Source of the DNA: Armatimonadota bacterium
Lineage (GTDB): Bacteria; Armatimonadota; Zipacnadia; Zipacnadales; UBA5352
Reading direction: 5' to 3'
Length of the DNA: 53,047 nt
NCBI GenBank assembly: GCA_034722055.1
Contig: JAYENL010000324.1
Location: forward strand, 1-53,047
The translations under genes were made by a program, and so were the position numbers. The notes beneath the pieces are model-generated. The model was not told the DNA's origin. It did no database searches and worked only from the letters and a program-made list of their open reading frames with translations. Within the stretch, counting starts at the first letter, position 1, and the number at the start of each line of letters is the position of its first letter. Below are positions 9,348-18,565 of the stretch, piece by piece.

Positions 9348-11444
9348 GTGACTTCCAGCACCACCAAGGACGAACCCACGACCCAGTTCAGCGGGGCGGA
9401 CCTCACCGTCGCGCTGGCCGGCAACCCCAACTCCGGCAAGACCACCGTCTTCAACGCCATCACCGGCGCCCGCCAGCACGTGGGCAACTACCCCGGCGTG
9501 ACCGTGGAGAAGAAGGAGGGCCTGCGCGCGGTCGGTGACACCACGGTCCACGTGGTGGACCTGCCCGGCACCTACTCCCTCACCGCCTACTCTCTCGAGG
9601 AGGTGGTGGCTCGCAACTTCATCATCGAGGAGCGGCCCGACGTCGTCGTGCACATCGTCGATGGCTCCAACCTCGAGCGCAACCTCTATCTCACCACCCA
9701 GCTCATCGAGCTCGACGTGCCGGTTGTCGTGGCGCTGAACATGATGGACGTGGCACGATCCATGGGGCGGGAGATCGATGCCGACCTGCTCTCGGAGCTT
9801 ATGGGCGTGCCGATGGTCCCCACCGTCGCCACCAGGGAGGAGGGTACCGAAGAGCTGTTGCGGGTGGCCATGAAGACGGCCCGGGAGGGCCGCGGCCCGA
9901 CACGCCACATCCACTACGGGCGGGAGCTGGAGGAGCACGTGCGCGAGATCAGCCAGGTGCTGGAGGAGCGCGGCGGGATCCCACCCCTGCCATCTCGCTG
10001 GGTGGCCATTAAGCTTTTGGAGGACGATGAGGAGGTGGCGTCGGTCGTAGAGGGCGAGCTGCCGGACGGGCCGGAGCTGCTGGAGCGGGTGACGGGCGTG
10101 CGAGCGCATCTGGAGGCGGTCATCGGCGACGACGCCGAGCTGGCTTTGGCCGATGCCCGCTACGGCTTCATCAACGGCGCCTGCGCCCACGCCGTGACCA
10201 GCACCGGCCGTACCGCCACGGACTGGTCGGAGGCCATCGACAACGTGGTCACCAACCGCGTGGTGGGGATTCCGATACTGCTGGTGCTCATGTGGGGCCT
10301 GTTTGAGATGGTCTTCCGGGTGGGAGCTCCGCCGATGGACTGGCTGGAGAGCTTCTTCGGGTGGCTTGGGGCTCAGGCGGCGGTGCTGCTGCCCGGCGGC
10401 GTGCTGGAGTCGCTGATCGTTGACGGCATCATCGGCGGCGTGGGCGGGGTGCTGGTCTTCGTCCCCCCGATCATGCTCCTGTTCCTGGGCATCTCGCTGC
10501 TGGAGGACAGCGGCTACATGTCGCGGGCGGCCTTCGTGGTGGACAAGCTCATGCACCACATCGGCCTGCACGGCAAGAGTTTCATCCCCATGCTTATCGG
10601 CTTCGGCTGCACTGTGCCCGCCATCATGGCCACCCGGACCCTGGAGAGCCGCCGCGACCGGCTGACCACCATGCTGGTGGCGCCGCTGATGAGCTGCGGG
10701 GCCCGCCTGGTGATCTACGTGCTGCTGGCGGGAGCCTTCTTCCCTCCGCAGACGGCCGGGAAGGTCATCTTCTCCATCTATCTGCTGGGCGTGGTGCTGG
10801 CCGTCGTGATGGCGAAGCTCTTCCGCGTTACCGTCCTCAAGGGGCCACTGACGCCCTTTGTGATGGAGCTGCCACCCTATCGGATGCCGACGCTGAAGGG
10901 CACGCTCCTGCACGTGTGGGAGCGGGCCTGGTGCTACATCCGCAAGGCCGGCACCATCATTCTGGCGGCCTCTGTCATCATGTGGGCCCTCCTCACCTAC
11001 CCGAAGGCCCCGCCGAGCGCCGACCTGGGCGGTCTGCCGCCCATTGCCCACACCGCCGCCGGCCGCATCGGCCGCACTATCGAGCCGGTGCTGCGTCCGC
11101 TGGGCTTCGACTGGAAGATCGGCATCAGCCTGGTGGCCGGCCTGGCCGCCAAGGAGGTGGTCGTCTCCACCCTCGCGACCACCTACTCCATCGAGGAGGA
11201 GGCCGAGGCCTCAGGCGCGGTGGCGGAGGCGCTGCAGCGAGACCCGGTCGTGACCCCTCTGGTGGCCTGCGCTATGATGGTCTTCGTGTTGCTCTACATT
11301 CCGTGCGTGGCGTCGATGGCCGTGCTGTGGGGTGAATCCGGGTCCTGGAAGTGGGTCGCATTTGCCGTCGCATACACGACGGCCCTGGCGTGGCTGATGA
11401 GCTTCCTGGTGTACCAGGGCGGGCTGGCACTGGGCTTCACATAG
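9348..11444 (+). CDS. feoB: Ferrous iron transport protein B
   Basis: GNPNSGKTT, VGNYPGVTVEK, DLPGTYSL, LEDSGYM, GFGCTVPA, FVMELPPY, AKEVVV. Confidence 0.98.
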   Translation: MTSSTTKDEPTTQFSGADLTVALAGNPNSGKTTVFNAITGARQHVGNYPGVTVEKKEGLRAVGDTTVHVVDLPGTYSLTAYSLEEVVARNFIIEERPDVVVHIVDGSNLERNLYLTTQLIELDVPVVVALNMMDVARSMGREIDADLLSELMGVPMVPTVATREEGTEELLRVAMKTAREGRGPTRHIHYGRELEEHVREISQVLEERGGIPPLPSRWVAIKLLEDDEEVASVVEGELPDGPELLERVTGVRAHLEAVIGDDAELALADARYGFINGACAHAVTSTGRTATDWSEAIDNVVTNRVVGIPILLVLMWGLFEMVFRVGAPPMDWLESFFGWLGAQAAVLLPGGVLESLIVDGIIGGVGGVLVFVPPIMLLFLGISLLEDSGYMSRAAFVVDKLMHHIGLHGKSFIPMLIGFGCTVPAIMATRTLESRRDRLTTMLVAPLMSCGARLVIYVLLAGAFFPPQTAGKVIFSIYLLGVVLAVVMAKLFRVTVLKGPLTPFVMELPPYRMPTLKGTLLHVWERAWCYIRKAGTIILAASVIMWALLTYPKAPPSADLGGLPPIAHTAAGRIGRTIEPVLRPLGFDWKIGISLVAGLAAKEVVVSTLATTYSIEEEAEASGAVAEALQRDPVVTPLVACAMMVFVLLYIPCVASMAVLWGESGSWKWVAFAVAYTTALAWLMSFLVYQGGLALGFT

Positions 11445-11458
11445 TGAGGTGGAGAGAC

Positions 11459-11656
11459 ATGGGTCAGGACGTGATCGCAGCACTGATCGTGGTGGGCGCG
11501 GTAGTATGGCTGGCTCGGACCATCGTCAGTCGGGTGCGGAGGGGCGGATGCACGTGCGACAACGCGGCCTCCTGCCCCCTCGCCGGAGGCGATAGCTGTC
11601 CGCTTGGCTCGCTGCAGGGATTCTGCGACGTCGAGGACGGCCGGGGCGACGACTGA
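11459..11656 (+). CDS. FeoB-associated Cys-rich small membrane protein
   Basis: One N-terminal TM helix followed by GGCTC..C..C..C; directly after feoB with an RBS. Confidence 0.8.
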   Translation: MGQDVIAALIVVGAVVWLARTIVSRVRRGGCTCDNAASCPLAGGDSCPLGSLQGFCDVEDGRGDD

Positions 11657-11746
11657 GCGGCAGTCCACCCATCACCACGCGTCGAGCTCGGGCAGTGCGC
11701 CTGGGCCCGCAGGGACCCTGTGGGCCTGGAGCGTTGTGCGTACGCG

Positions 11747-12448
11747 TCACGCATATTGCCGTGTGAGGTCTGCGTGCCCGCATCCTGCGCTCAGAAGCTC
11801 CTCCGGCGGTGGTGGCGGTCCTCTCCCTATGTTGATGGCCTGCACCGGGCTGGGGAGCTGAACCGTCTCCCCGGGTGACCGAACGTTGACGTTTACCGCC
11901 GCCCCGGCGACCGCCCAGGTCCCGCCGAGGCTCAAAGGATGCAGTCCCTTCCCGACGCCCACGATGCTGAAATCGCCGTTCTCGTCCGTCGTGCCGCTGG
12001 CGCCGCCGACATTGACCGTGGCTCCCTCGACGGGGCCCTTGTCCTCGACATCGACGACGGTTCCGTGAACGGTGGCGCCGACGGTGATGGTCAGCTCCTG
12101 GCTCGCCCGGCCGCCGTTCCCGTCGGTGACGGTCACCTCGATGGTGAAGATGCCGCCGGATTCGGGTGCGCTGTAGGTGACGCTCTTGCCGTTACGCTCG
12201 ATGTTCCCCCCGGTGGCGGTCCAGGTGTAGGTGAGGCCGTCGCGGTCAGGATCGCTGGCCTCGCAGGTGAAGGTGGTCGTGCCACTGGGCCAGATGGCGT
12301 CGGCGAGGGCGTCCACAGAGCTGATGCGGGGATCCCCGTTGGCGGTGCCGCCTCCACCTGCACCGCCTCCGCCGCCGCAGCCCGCCAGGCCCGCGATGGC
12401 GGCGATCGATAGTATGGCGAAGAGCCTCGATGATGTGCGCGGAATCAT
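11747..12448 (-). CDS. Lipoprotein with PKD/Ig-like and carboxypeptidase-regulatory-like domains
   Basis: Lipobox LAGC, Gly linker, SDPDRDGLTYTW, TVTDGNGG, PVEGATV..TTDENGDF, poly-Pro near the C-terminus. Confidence 0.75.
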   Translation of the reverse strand: MIPRTSSRLFAILSIAAIAGLAGCGGGGGAGGGGTANGDPRISSVDALADAIWPSGTTTFTCEASDPDRDGLTYTWTATGGNIERNGKSVTYSAPESGGIFTIEVTVTDGNGGRASQELTITVGATVHGTVVDVEDKGPVEGATVNVGGASGTTDENGDFSIVGVGKGLHPLSLGGTWAVAGAAVNVNVRSPGETVQLPSPVQAINIGRGPPPPPEELLSAGCGHADLTRQYA

Positions 12449-12483
12449 GGCCTCACTCCTGTGAGATGAGTCGTGTCGGAAAG

Positions 12484-12511
12484 TTAGACGGTCCAGGCGG
12501 CGCTTTGTTCC
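12484..12511 (-). promoter_or_regulatory. Putative ECF-sigma promoter
   Basis: GGAAC-N16-CGTCTAA on the minus strand upstream of the lipoprotein gene. Confidence 0.5.
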
Positions 12512-12649
12512 CCATGGGGTCGGCCAGGCCGGGACTGCCGGCCGCGGGTGTCCGCCGGTCTCATCGGGCGAGGGAGGAGCCCCGGTCGTGGCGGGCGAAG
12601 TTACCGACAAAGACGCTCACGGCTCTTACGGAAGGCAGTGAATGCGCTC

Positions 12650-13321
12650 ATGACCCGGAGCAACTGGCTCCCGTTCCTTGTAGCACTCGGCGCCGCTCTG
12701 CTGGCAGGTTGTGGCGGCGGAGGCGGCGTGAGCGCCGGCGATGGGGACGGCACTCCGACTCCGCCCCTGGCCAACGAGGGCCCTCGCATCACCTCTCTTT
12801 CGGCTGATGCCACAAAGCTGTGGCCGAATGGAAGCACAAACGTCACAGTCCAGGCCAAAGATGATGAGGGCGACACGCTCAGCTACGCGTGGACGGCCAG
12901 CCAGGGGACCATCCAGGGCACCGGCGCCACCGTGACCTTCATTGCGCCGGCCTCAGAGGGAAGCGCCGCCATCCGCGTCATGGTCACCGACGGCAACGGA
13001 GGACGTGCGGCCCGGCAGATCGCCGTTGACTTCGGCGGCGTCACTGTGGAGGGCACGGTCGTATCCGTCTCGACCGGCGACCCCATCGGCGGCATACCCG
13101 TGACCATCGGCGGGGGTACAGACACCACCGGGACCGACGGATCCTTCAGCGTTCACATCACCAGCGCGGGGCAGTATCCGGTCCAGCTCGGCGGGCGCTG
13201 GGAGGTCGCCGGGCTCGGTCTGCAGATTACGCTCAGCAATCCCATGACCACCACGACGCTGTCCGACCCCGTTCTGGCGGTGCAGGCAGGCAGCTCCCCG
13301 CCACCACCGCCGCGGTTCTGA
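12650..13321 (+). CDS. Lipoprotein paralogue with PKD/Ig-like and carboxypeptidase-regulatory-like domains
   Basis: Lipobox LAGC, DDEGDTLSYAW, VTDGNGGRA, TTGTDGSF; ends PPPPPRF. Confidence 0.75.
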   Translation: MTRSNWLPFLVALGAALLAGCGGGGGVSAGDGDGTPTPPLANEGPRITSLSADATKLWPNGSTNVTVQAKDDEGDTLSYAWTASQGTIQGTGATVTFIAPASEGSAAIRVMVTDGNGGRAARQIAVDFGGVTVEGTVVSVSTGDPIGGIPVTIGGGTDTTGTDGSFSVHITSAGQYPVQLGGRWEVAGLGLQITLSNPMTTTTLSDPVLAVQAGSSPPPPPRF

Positions 13322-13341
13322 CCACCGCAGGCATGCCGCAC

Positions 13342-13370
13342 AGAGCCCGGGGCCTCGCTCCCGGGCTCTT
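13342..13370 (+). terminator. Probable terminator hairpin
   Basis: AGAGCCCGGG-N8-CCCGGGCTCT just after the stop codon; short U tail. Confidence 0.5.
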
Positions 13371-13409
13371 GCCTGTACGCCGCCACCCTCACCGGCCTCT
13401 GCCGGCGAA

Positions 13410-13425
13410 TGTTTCACGTGAAACA
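13410..13425. promoter_or_regulatory. parS: parS chromosome partitioning site
   Basis: TGTTTCACGTGAAACA matches the universal parS consensus; the palindrome extends to 24 bp (13406-13429). Confidence 0.9.
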
Positions 13426-13480
13426 TTCGTTCGCTCCACACCGGGAAGGAACACCGCGCTTCATGCAGAAGGACGGGGCG

Positions 13481-13557
13481 GTCAGCGATCAGCTATCAGC
13501 GGTCAGCAGTCAGCCATCAGCCGCAAGCTGCAAGCTACGAGCTACAAGCTACCAGCC
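13481..13557 (+). repeat. Degenerate heptamer tandem repeat
   Basis: GTCAGCG ATCAGCT ATCAGCG GTCAGCA GTCAGCC ATCAGCC GCAAGCT GCAAGCT ACGAGCT ACAAGCT ACCAGCC. Confidence 0.85.
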
Positions 13558-13672
13558 TACGGCAACGGCGGTTGCGGCAGGCTGGGAGTTGTGCTCACCT
13601 ATAGAGGGGTCGCACGAGGAGGGCCCTCCGGACCCGACGAGGCTGGCCCCACTAGCCGTGTTGGTGTCGTAC

Positions 13673-13931
13673 GGAGGGGCCGCCCGAGCGTAGCGATGGA
13701 GAAGCCAGTAGGCTTCTCTTAAGAGTTCGCTATCCGAACTCCAGGGTGCCGCCTGCGCGGGGCGTGTCGCGAAGGCGGCAGGTTCCATCCCGGCCCAGAT
13801 AGTGCAGGGGCCCTCCCCTGCACGCCGTTTGGGCCTTCCCGGCCGACATGGGCGGGGGTGGAACCTTCGGCCCTGGCGGGCCTCACTCCTCGCGCCGCCG
13901 GGGGCGGCGACGCACGGAGCGGCCCCTCCAT
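13673..13931 (-). repeat. Nested palindromic intergenic element, copy B (with extra inserts)
   Basis: GGAGGGGCCGC..GCGGCCCCTCC ends; inner arms at 13781-13796 and 13850-13865; aligns in reverse with 38305-38487. Confidence 0.8.
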
Positions 13932-14086
13932 AACGGCAGACCGCTTTCCCGCGCAGCGCGGCCATGGTACTTCCGCCGAGGGGGCAAGATGCGGGTAATC
14001 CGCAGGCCGTACGGAGCGGCGGGCAGCCCTGCCCGCCAGCAGTTGCAGCGCGTAGCACACGACCTTGCGCCATGGAAACGAGAGCG

Positions 14087-17000
14087 ATGACAGTGACCAC
14101 ACGCAATGCACTTGCAGTATTGGCCGCGTTCATCCTGCTGGCGGGCGCCGCGGCCGCCCAGCCCGTGGAGCTGGCGAACCAGCACATGGTCCTGCGCTTC
14201 GACCCCGACGACGGCTACGCGCTGTCGGGGCTGGTGAACGTCGCCCACGAGACGGACTTCATCCAGCCGCGGCCGGAGGACCTGGAGCAGAACCGCTCGC
14301 CGTGGGAGGTGCTGGTGCGCGGCACCGGCATCAACCAGCCCCTCACCGCCGCCGACGCCCAGGATGCCACGCATTCGCTGGACGGTGACACGCTCACCAT
14401 CACCTGGAGCGGCGTCGCCAGCGAGCAGGTCCCCGGCGAGCTGACGGTCACCGCCACCATCCGCCTCCCGGAGGGCTCGCGCAAGGCCTTCTGGCGCATC
14501 GAGGTCTCGGGAGAGACCACCGGCTGGCTGTGGCAGGTGGACTTCCCGCGCATCTTCGGCATCCGCGACTTCTCGGATTGCCAGATGTCGCTGCCCTGGT
14601 ACTGGGGCCGGCTGGTGCGCAAGCCCATGCAGCTCGGTCGCGCCGCCTCCCTGGTCTACCCGGAGCCGGCGTCGATGCAGTGGCTCGCATACTGGGGGAC
14701 CGAGGATGATCGCGAGCCGGAGCTGGTCACCGAGGAGGGCCGCGACGCCGAGACCGGCTGGGCGCCGGACCGCAGCGACGCCTGCGGCCTCTACTGGGCC
14801 GCCGAGGACGGGGAGCTGCACGTCAAGCGCTTCGGCTGGGACCCCACCGGCGAGGGCGAGCAGCTCTCGTGGCGGATCGAGAACATCCCACCGCTTCCCG
14901 ACTGGCCCATGCCTGAGATCACCGAGCCGGTCGAGGTCAGCTACGCCATGCCCTACGACGCCGTGACAGCGGTCTTCACCGGCGATCTGCACGAGGCCGC
15001 CGCGATCTACCGCGAATGGGCCGTGCAGCAGCAGTGGGCGCAGCGGGGCCCCATGGACCAGTGGCCGGAGGAGACGCCTCAGCCGGGCAGCGAGGAGCTG
15101 GTGCGCTGGACGCCGCCGTGGTTCCGCGACATCGGCTTCTGGGCCAAGTTCTACCACGAGCCCGCGAAGATCCTCCCGGAGTGGGCGGCCTACCGCAAGT
15201 GGCTGCAGGTGCCCATGGCCTCGCACTGGTATCGCTACAACATTGCGGTCTTCAATGACGATGATCCGGAGCACCTTCCGCCTGACCCCTACGTCCTGGA
15301 CGGCGTGCGCGCGGCCCGCGAGATAGGCGTGGAGCCCATGCCCTACGTGCTCTCCACCATCTGGGACACCGACACGCAGTCGTGGATCCGGGAGGACGGG
15401 CGGCGCAGCGCCGTGGAGAACGAGGCGGGGGAGATCATGCCCTGGCCCATCGGCAACAACGTCTTCGCCTGGATGTGCCTCTCCACCGAGCAGTGGCAGG
15501 CCACGATGCGACAGATCTGCGAGAAGCTCATCTGGGAGCACGGAATGAGCGGGGTCTACCTGGACGTGCTGGCCGCGGGCTCCGCGAAGCTCTGCTACGA
15601 TCCAGACCACGGGCACTCCATCCGCGGCGGGAGCTACTGGGGCCAGGGCGCGCACACGCTCATGCACGACCTGCGGGCGCACATCCGGCGCCTCGACCCC
15701 GACGCCTGCTTCTTCACCGAGGAGATCGGCGAGCACCTCATCGATGTCATGGACGGCTATCTGACGCTGGACCTGACCCGCAGCCACACCCCCGGTGGCG
15801 AGCAGGTCTGGCCGGTGCTGACGACCGTCTATCATCCCTACACCATCAACTTCGGCTCCGACGCGCACATCGACATGGAGCCGGAGCAGTTCGCGCTGCT
15901 TTACGGGCGGCAGATCGTGTGGGGCAGCCAGCCCCTGCACTCCGTCATGGAGGCCCCGATGCCGGAGGCGGGCGACGCCACCGCTGAGATGTTCCGGGAG
16001 TACACCCGCGCCTACTGGGTGGCGGGGCAGCCCTTCCTGGTGGGCGGGCGAATGCTGCGGCTGGCGACGCGCCCCAAGGATGCGCCTGCCGGCCAGTGTG
16101 GGCTGGAGATGGCCGCCGAGGCCCATACGGTGCGCTTCGACGTGCGCAACCGCGACAAGATCTGGACCGGGCCGGCGGTGCTGGCCTCGGCCTGGGAGCG
16201 CTTTGGGGACATCGGCATCGTGCTGGCCAACATCACCGGTGAGGAGCGAACGGTGGCGCTGACTGTGCGACCCGAAGCCCTGCCGCTGGGCGAGGGCGCG
16301 CGGATGGTGCGGGTGTGGCCGCAGCGGCCTGAGACACTCGGTCCAGCATCCGGCGAGCACGAGCTGACGCTGGAGCCGTGGGGGTGCGCGGTCTACGTGC
16401 TGACCGGCGATCCGGAGGCGGCCATCGGCAGGCTCAACGAGCTGGAGGACACGCCCTGGGAGCTGCAGGTGGTGGAGGATGGGCCCTTCGAGCCGGTGTC
16501 CGGGCCGGCCGGGGCGCTCTTCGCCTCCAGCGACGGCCCGGTGCTCAATGCGCCCGGCGAGGACGGGATCCTGGCGACGCCCTATCGGTTCGACGATCAG
16601 GGCCGCCTGCAGCCCCGCTCGGGGAGCCAGGCGGAGCGTCGGGGGCACGAGGCCGAGGGGAGGGGCCTGCCGCGGAACCTCGACGAGCAGCCCTTCGTGC
16701 TCATGCGGCGGCTGCCGCACTCGGCGTCGGTGGCAGAACCCGGGATGATGGTCTTCTCCGGTGATGAGGACCATCTCCTGGCTGCGGTGCCGGGCGGGAC
16801 GAAGCTGCAGTTCGACGGGGAGGGCCTGCTGGTGGCGTCGAACGGGGTCACGGGCGAGGTGGTGCGGGGGCTGGGCGAGCCGCCCGCCGCCGAGTTCACC
16901 GCGCCCGAGGGCGAGGGCTTCATCGTGGGCTGGGCCAGCTTCGACCAGGGCCGGATGGCCGCCGCCCTGGCAGGAGTCGAGCCGGGGCTGCGGGAGCCGG

Positions 17001-18505
17001 TCATGAAGCTGGCCGGCCGCCTCGCGGGCCTGGCGGCGGCGGTGCCGGATGCCCGGGAGCGGGAGCTGGCGGCGGCCAGCCGGCAGTTCGTTGAGATCGC
17101 CAGCGCCATGAACGAGACTCCCGGCGTCCTCTCCCCGGTGAGCCCCCTGGTCAGGCTGCACGAGCGCATGAACGCGCTGATAGTGGCGCTGCTGGGCATG
17201 CGCGTGGACCTGCAGGCCGACCACCGCTGGCTGGCGCCGGAGGTGGAGAAGCCGCTGCGGCTGCTGGTGCAAAGCGGGGCGCAGGAGCAGGTCTCGCTAA
17301 CCGCGGTCGGCCACTGGCGGCCGGGGAACCTCGCCATCCAGCAGCCGGCGGAGCCGCAGGTGGTGGAGGACACGCTCATCTACCGGGGCGGCGTGCGGCT
17401 CGACGATGGGCTCTACGTGGAGCGGGTGGTGCCGGTCATCGCCACCGCGACCGCGCGGCGCGGCCCGCTGACCTGGACCGTCAGCGACATCCTGCGCCTG
17501 GAGGCGAACCGCCCCTATCAGCTCATCTACGAGAAGGAGCCGGTGACGGTGGTGGCCGGCCACGAGCGCTCCACCTCCATCCAGGTCCGGAACTGGTCGC
17601 CGCTGGACCTGGAGCTGAGTCTCAGCGGCTCCGGCCCCGAGGGCTGGGAGGTGGCGCCGGCCGAGGAGCAGATCGCGGCCCCCGCGCTCTCGGATGCGAG
17701 CTTCGAGGTCTCGGTGCGGGCGCCGGAGGGGGCGGCGCGCGGGCGCTACCAGGTGCGCGTGGTTGCCAACCATGCTGCAGGCGAGGACTCCGCGTTCATC
17801 GCCCGGCTTCCGGTCAGCGTCCTGGACGCCCTGCGGCCGCTGATGCCGGAGGCTGAGGAGTGGGAGCGCCCCGAGCTGGAGCAGCGGGCGCGCATCCGCA
17901 AGAGCTGCAAGTTCGCGGTCTACGCGCAGGAGGGGGAGACGATTGGCGTCAGGATCGAGAACATCCGCGTCACCCGCTACGAGGATACGCTCGCCTGGCG
18001 GCTGCTGGACCCGGCGATGACGGTGGTGGAGGAGGGCCACATTCCGGTCGATGAGAGCATCGAGGTCGAGCACTCCGCGGAGGCAGGCGGAACCTACTAC
18101 CTTGAGGTCATGCCCGGAAGCGGCTCGGCGGATGTTCGCTTCGAGAACCGGCTGGTGGCCGAGGTGGCGACGAAGCAGGATCCGCTGCAACTGTTCACCA
18201 GCGCCATCACCCGGCACTTCTTCGTCCCGGAGGGGGCTGCGCAGTTCCGGCTCGGGGCCCAGGACGGCGGTCCGACGGAGGGGGCGCGGCTCGTCATCAC
18301 CGCGCCAGGCGGCCGAGTTGCGTTTGAGCGGGATGGCAACTACAATGGCGTGGAGTTCCCCGTGCGGGTCGAGGACGGGGAGGCGGGGAAGCTCTGGCAG
18401 CTTCGCGTGGAGCCGCAGCAGGACATCGCCCTCTGGCTGGCCGGCGACGTCATGCCCTACCTGTCCACCTCGCCGGAGCGGGTGCTGCGGGCGGATGGGG
18501 GATAG
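14087..18505 (+). CDS. Large secreted multidomain protein, DUF6259-like glycosidase barrel plus NEW3/Ig-like domains
   Basis: Signal peptide; SGVYLDVLA..CYDPDHGH..GG..W motif; C-terminal GPEGWEV..VRAPEGAARGRY (NEW3-like) segment. Confidence 0.65.
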   Translation: MTVTTRNALAVLAAFILLAGAAAAQPVELANQHMVLRFDPDDGYALSGLVNVAHETDFIQPRPEDLEQNRSPWEVLVRGTGINQPLTAADAQDATHSLDGDTLTITWSGVASEQVPGELTVTATIRLPEGSRKAFWRIEVSGETTGWLWQVDFPRIFGIRDFSDCQMSLPWYWGRLVRKPMQLGRAASLVYPEPASMQWLAYWGTEDDREPELVTEEGRDAETGWAPDRSDACGLYWAAEDGELHVKRFGWDPTGEGEQLSWRIENIPPLPDWPMPEITEPVEVSYAMPYDAVTAVFTGDLHEAAAIYREWAVQQQWAQRGPMDQWPEETPQPGSEELVRWTPPWFRDIGFWAKFYHEPAKILPEWAAYRKWLQVPMASHWYRYNIAVFNDDDPEHLPPDPYVLDGVRAAREIGVEPMPYVLSTIWDTDTQSWIREDGRRSAVENEAGEIMPWPIGNNVFAWMCLSTEQWQATMRQICEKLIWEHGMSGVYLDVLAAGSAKLCYDPDHGHSIRGGSYWGQGAHTLMHDLRAHIRRLDPDACFFTEEIGEHLIDVMDGYLTLDLTRSHTPGGEQVWPVLTTVYHPYTINFGSDAHIDMEPEQFALLYGRQIVWGSQPLHSVMEAPMPEAGDATAEMFREYTRAYWVAGQPFLVGGRMLRLATRPKDAPAGQCGLEMAAEAHTVRFDVRNRDKIWTGPAVLASAWERFGDIGIVLANITGEERTVALTVRPEALPLGEGARMVRVWPQRPETLGPASGEHELTLEPWGCAVYVLTGDPEAAIGRLNELEDTPWELQVVEDGPFEPVSGPAGALFASSDGPVLNAPGEDGILATPYRFDDQGRLQPRSGSQAERRGHEAEGRGLPRNLDEQPFVLMRRLPHSASVAEPGMMVFSGDEDHLLAAVPGGTKLQFDGEGLLVASNGVTGEVVRGLGEPPAAEFTAPEGEGFIVGWASFDQGRMAAALAGVEPGLREPVMKLAGRLAGLAAAVPDARERELAAASRQFVEIASAMNETPGVLSPVSPLVRLHERMNALIVALLGMRVDLQADHRWLAPEVEKPLRLLVQSGAQEQVSLTAVGHWRPGNLAIQQPAEPQVVEDTLIYRGGVRLDDGLYVERVVPVIATATARRGPLTWTVSDILRLEANRPYQLIYEKEPVTVVAGHERSTSIQVRNWSPLDLELSLSGSGPEGWEVAPAEEQIAAPALSDASFEVSVRAPEGAARGRYQVRVVANHAAGEDSAFIARLPVSVLDALRPLMPEAEEWERPELEQRARIRKSCKFAVYAQEGETIGVRIENIRVTRYEDTLAWRLLDPAMTVVEEGHIPVDESIEVEHSAEAGGTYYLEVMPGSGSADVRFENRLVAEVATKQDPLQLFTSAITRHFFVPEGAAQFRLGAQDGGPTEGARLVITAPGGRVAFERDGNYNGVEFPVRVEDGEAGKLWQLRVEPQQDIALWLAGDVMPYLSTSPERVLRADGG

Positions 18506-18565
18506 GGACGGCATGGGCCTCGCCGACTCGGGGGAGGAGCCTCACGTGATGGCAGGAGTTGACTG

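Noticed and set aside
13883..17272. Long antisense ORFs (also 545-2182, 5540-7063, 9294-11051, 27359-29071, 35282-38020, 44129-45940)
   Set aside because: Shadow frames of real genes, expected from high-GC codon bias; no motifs of their own
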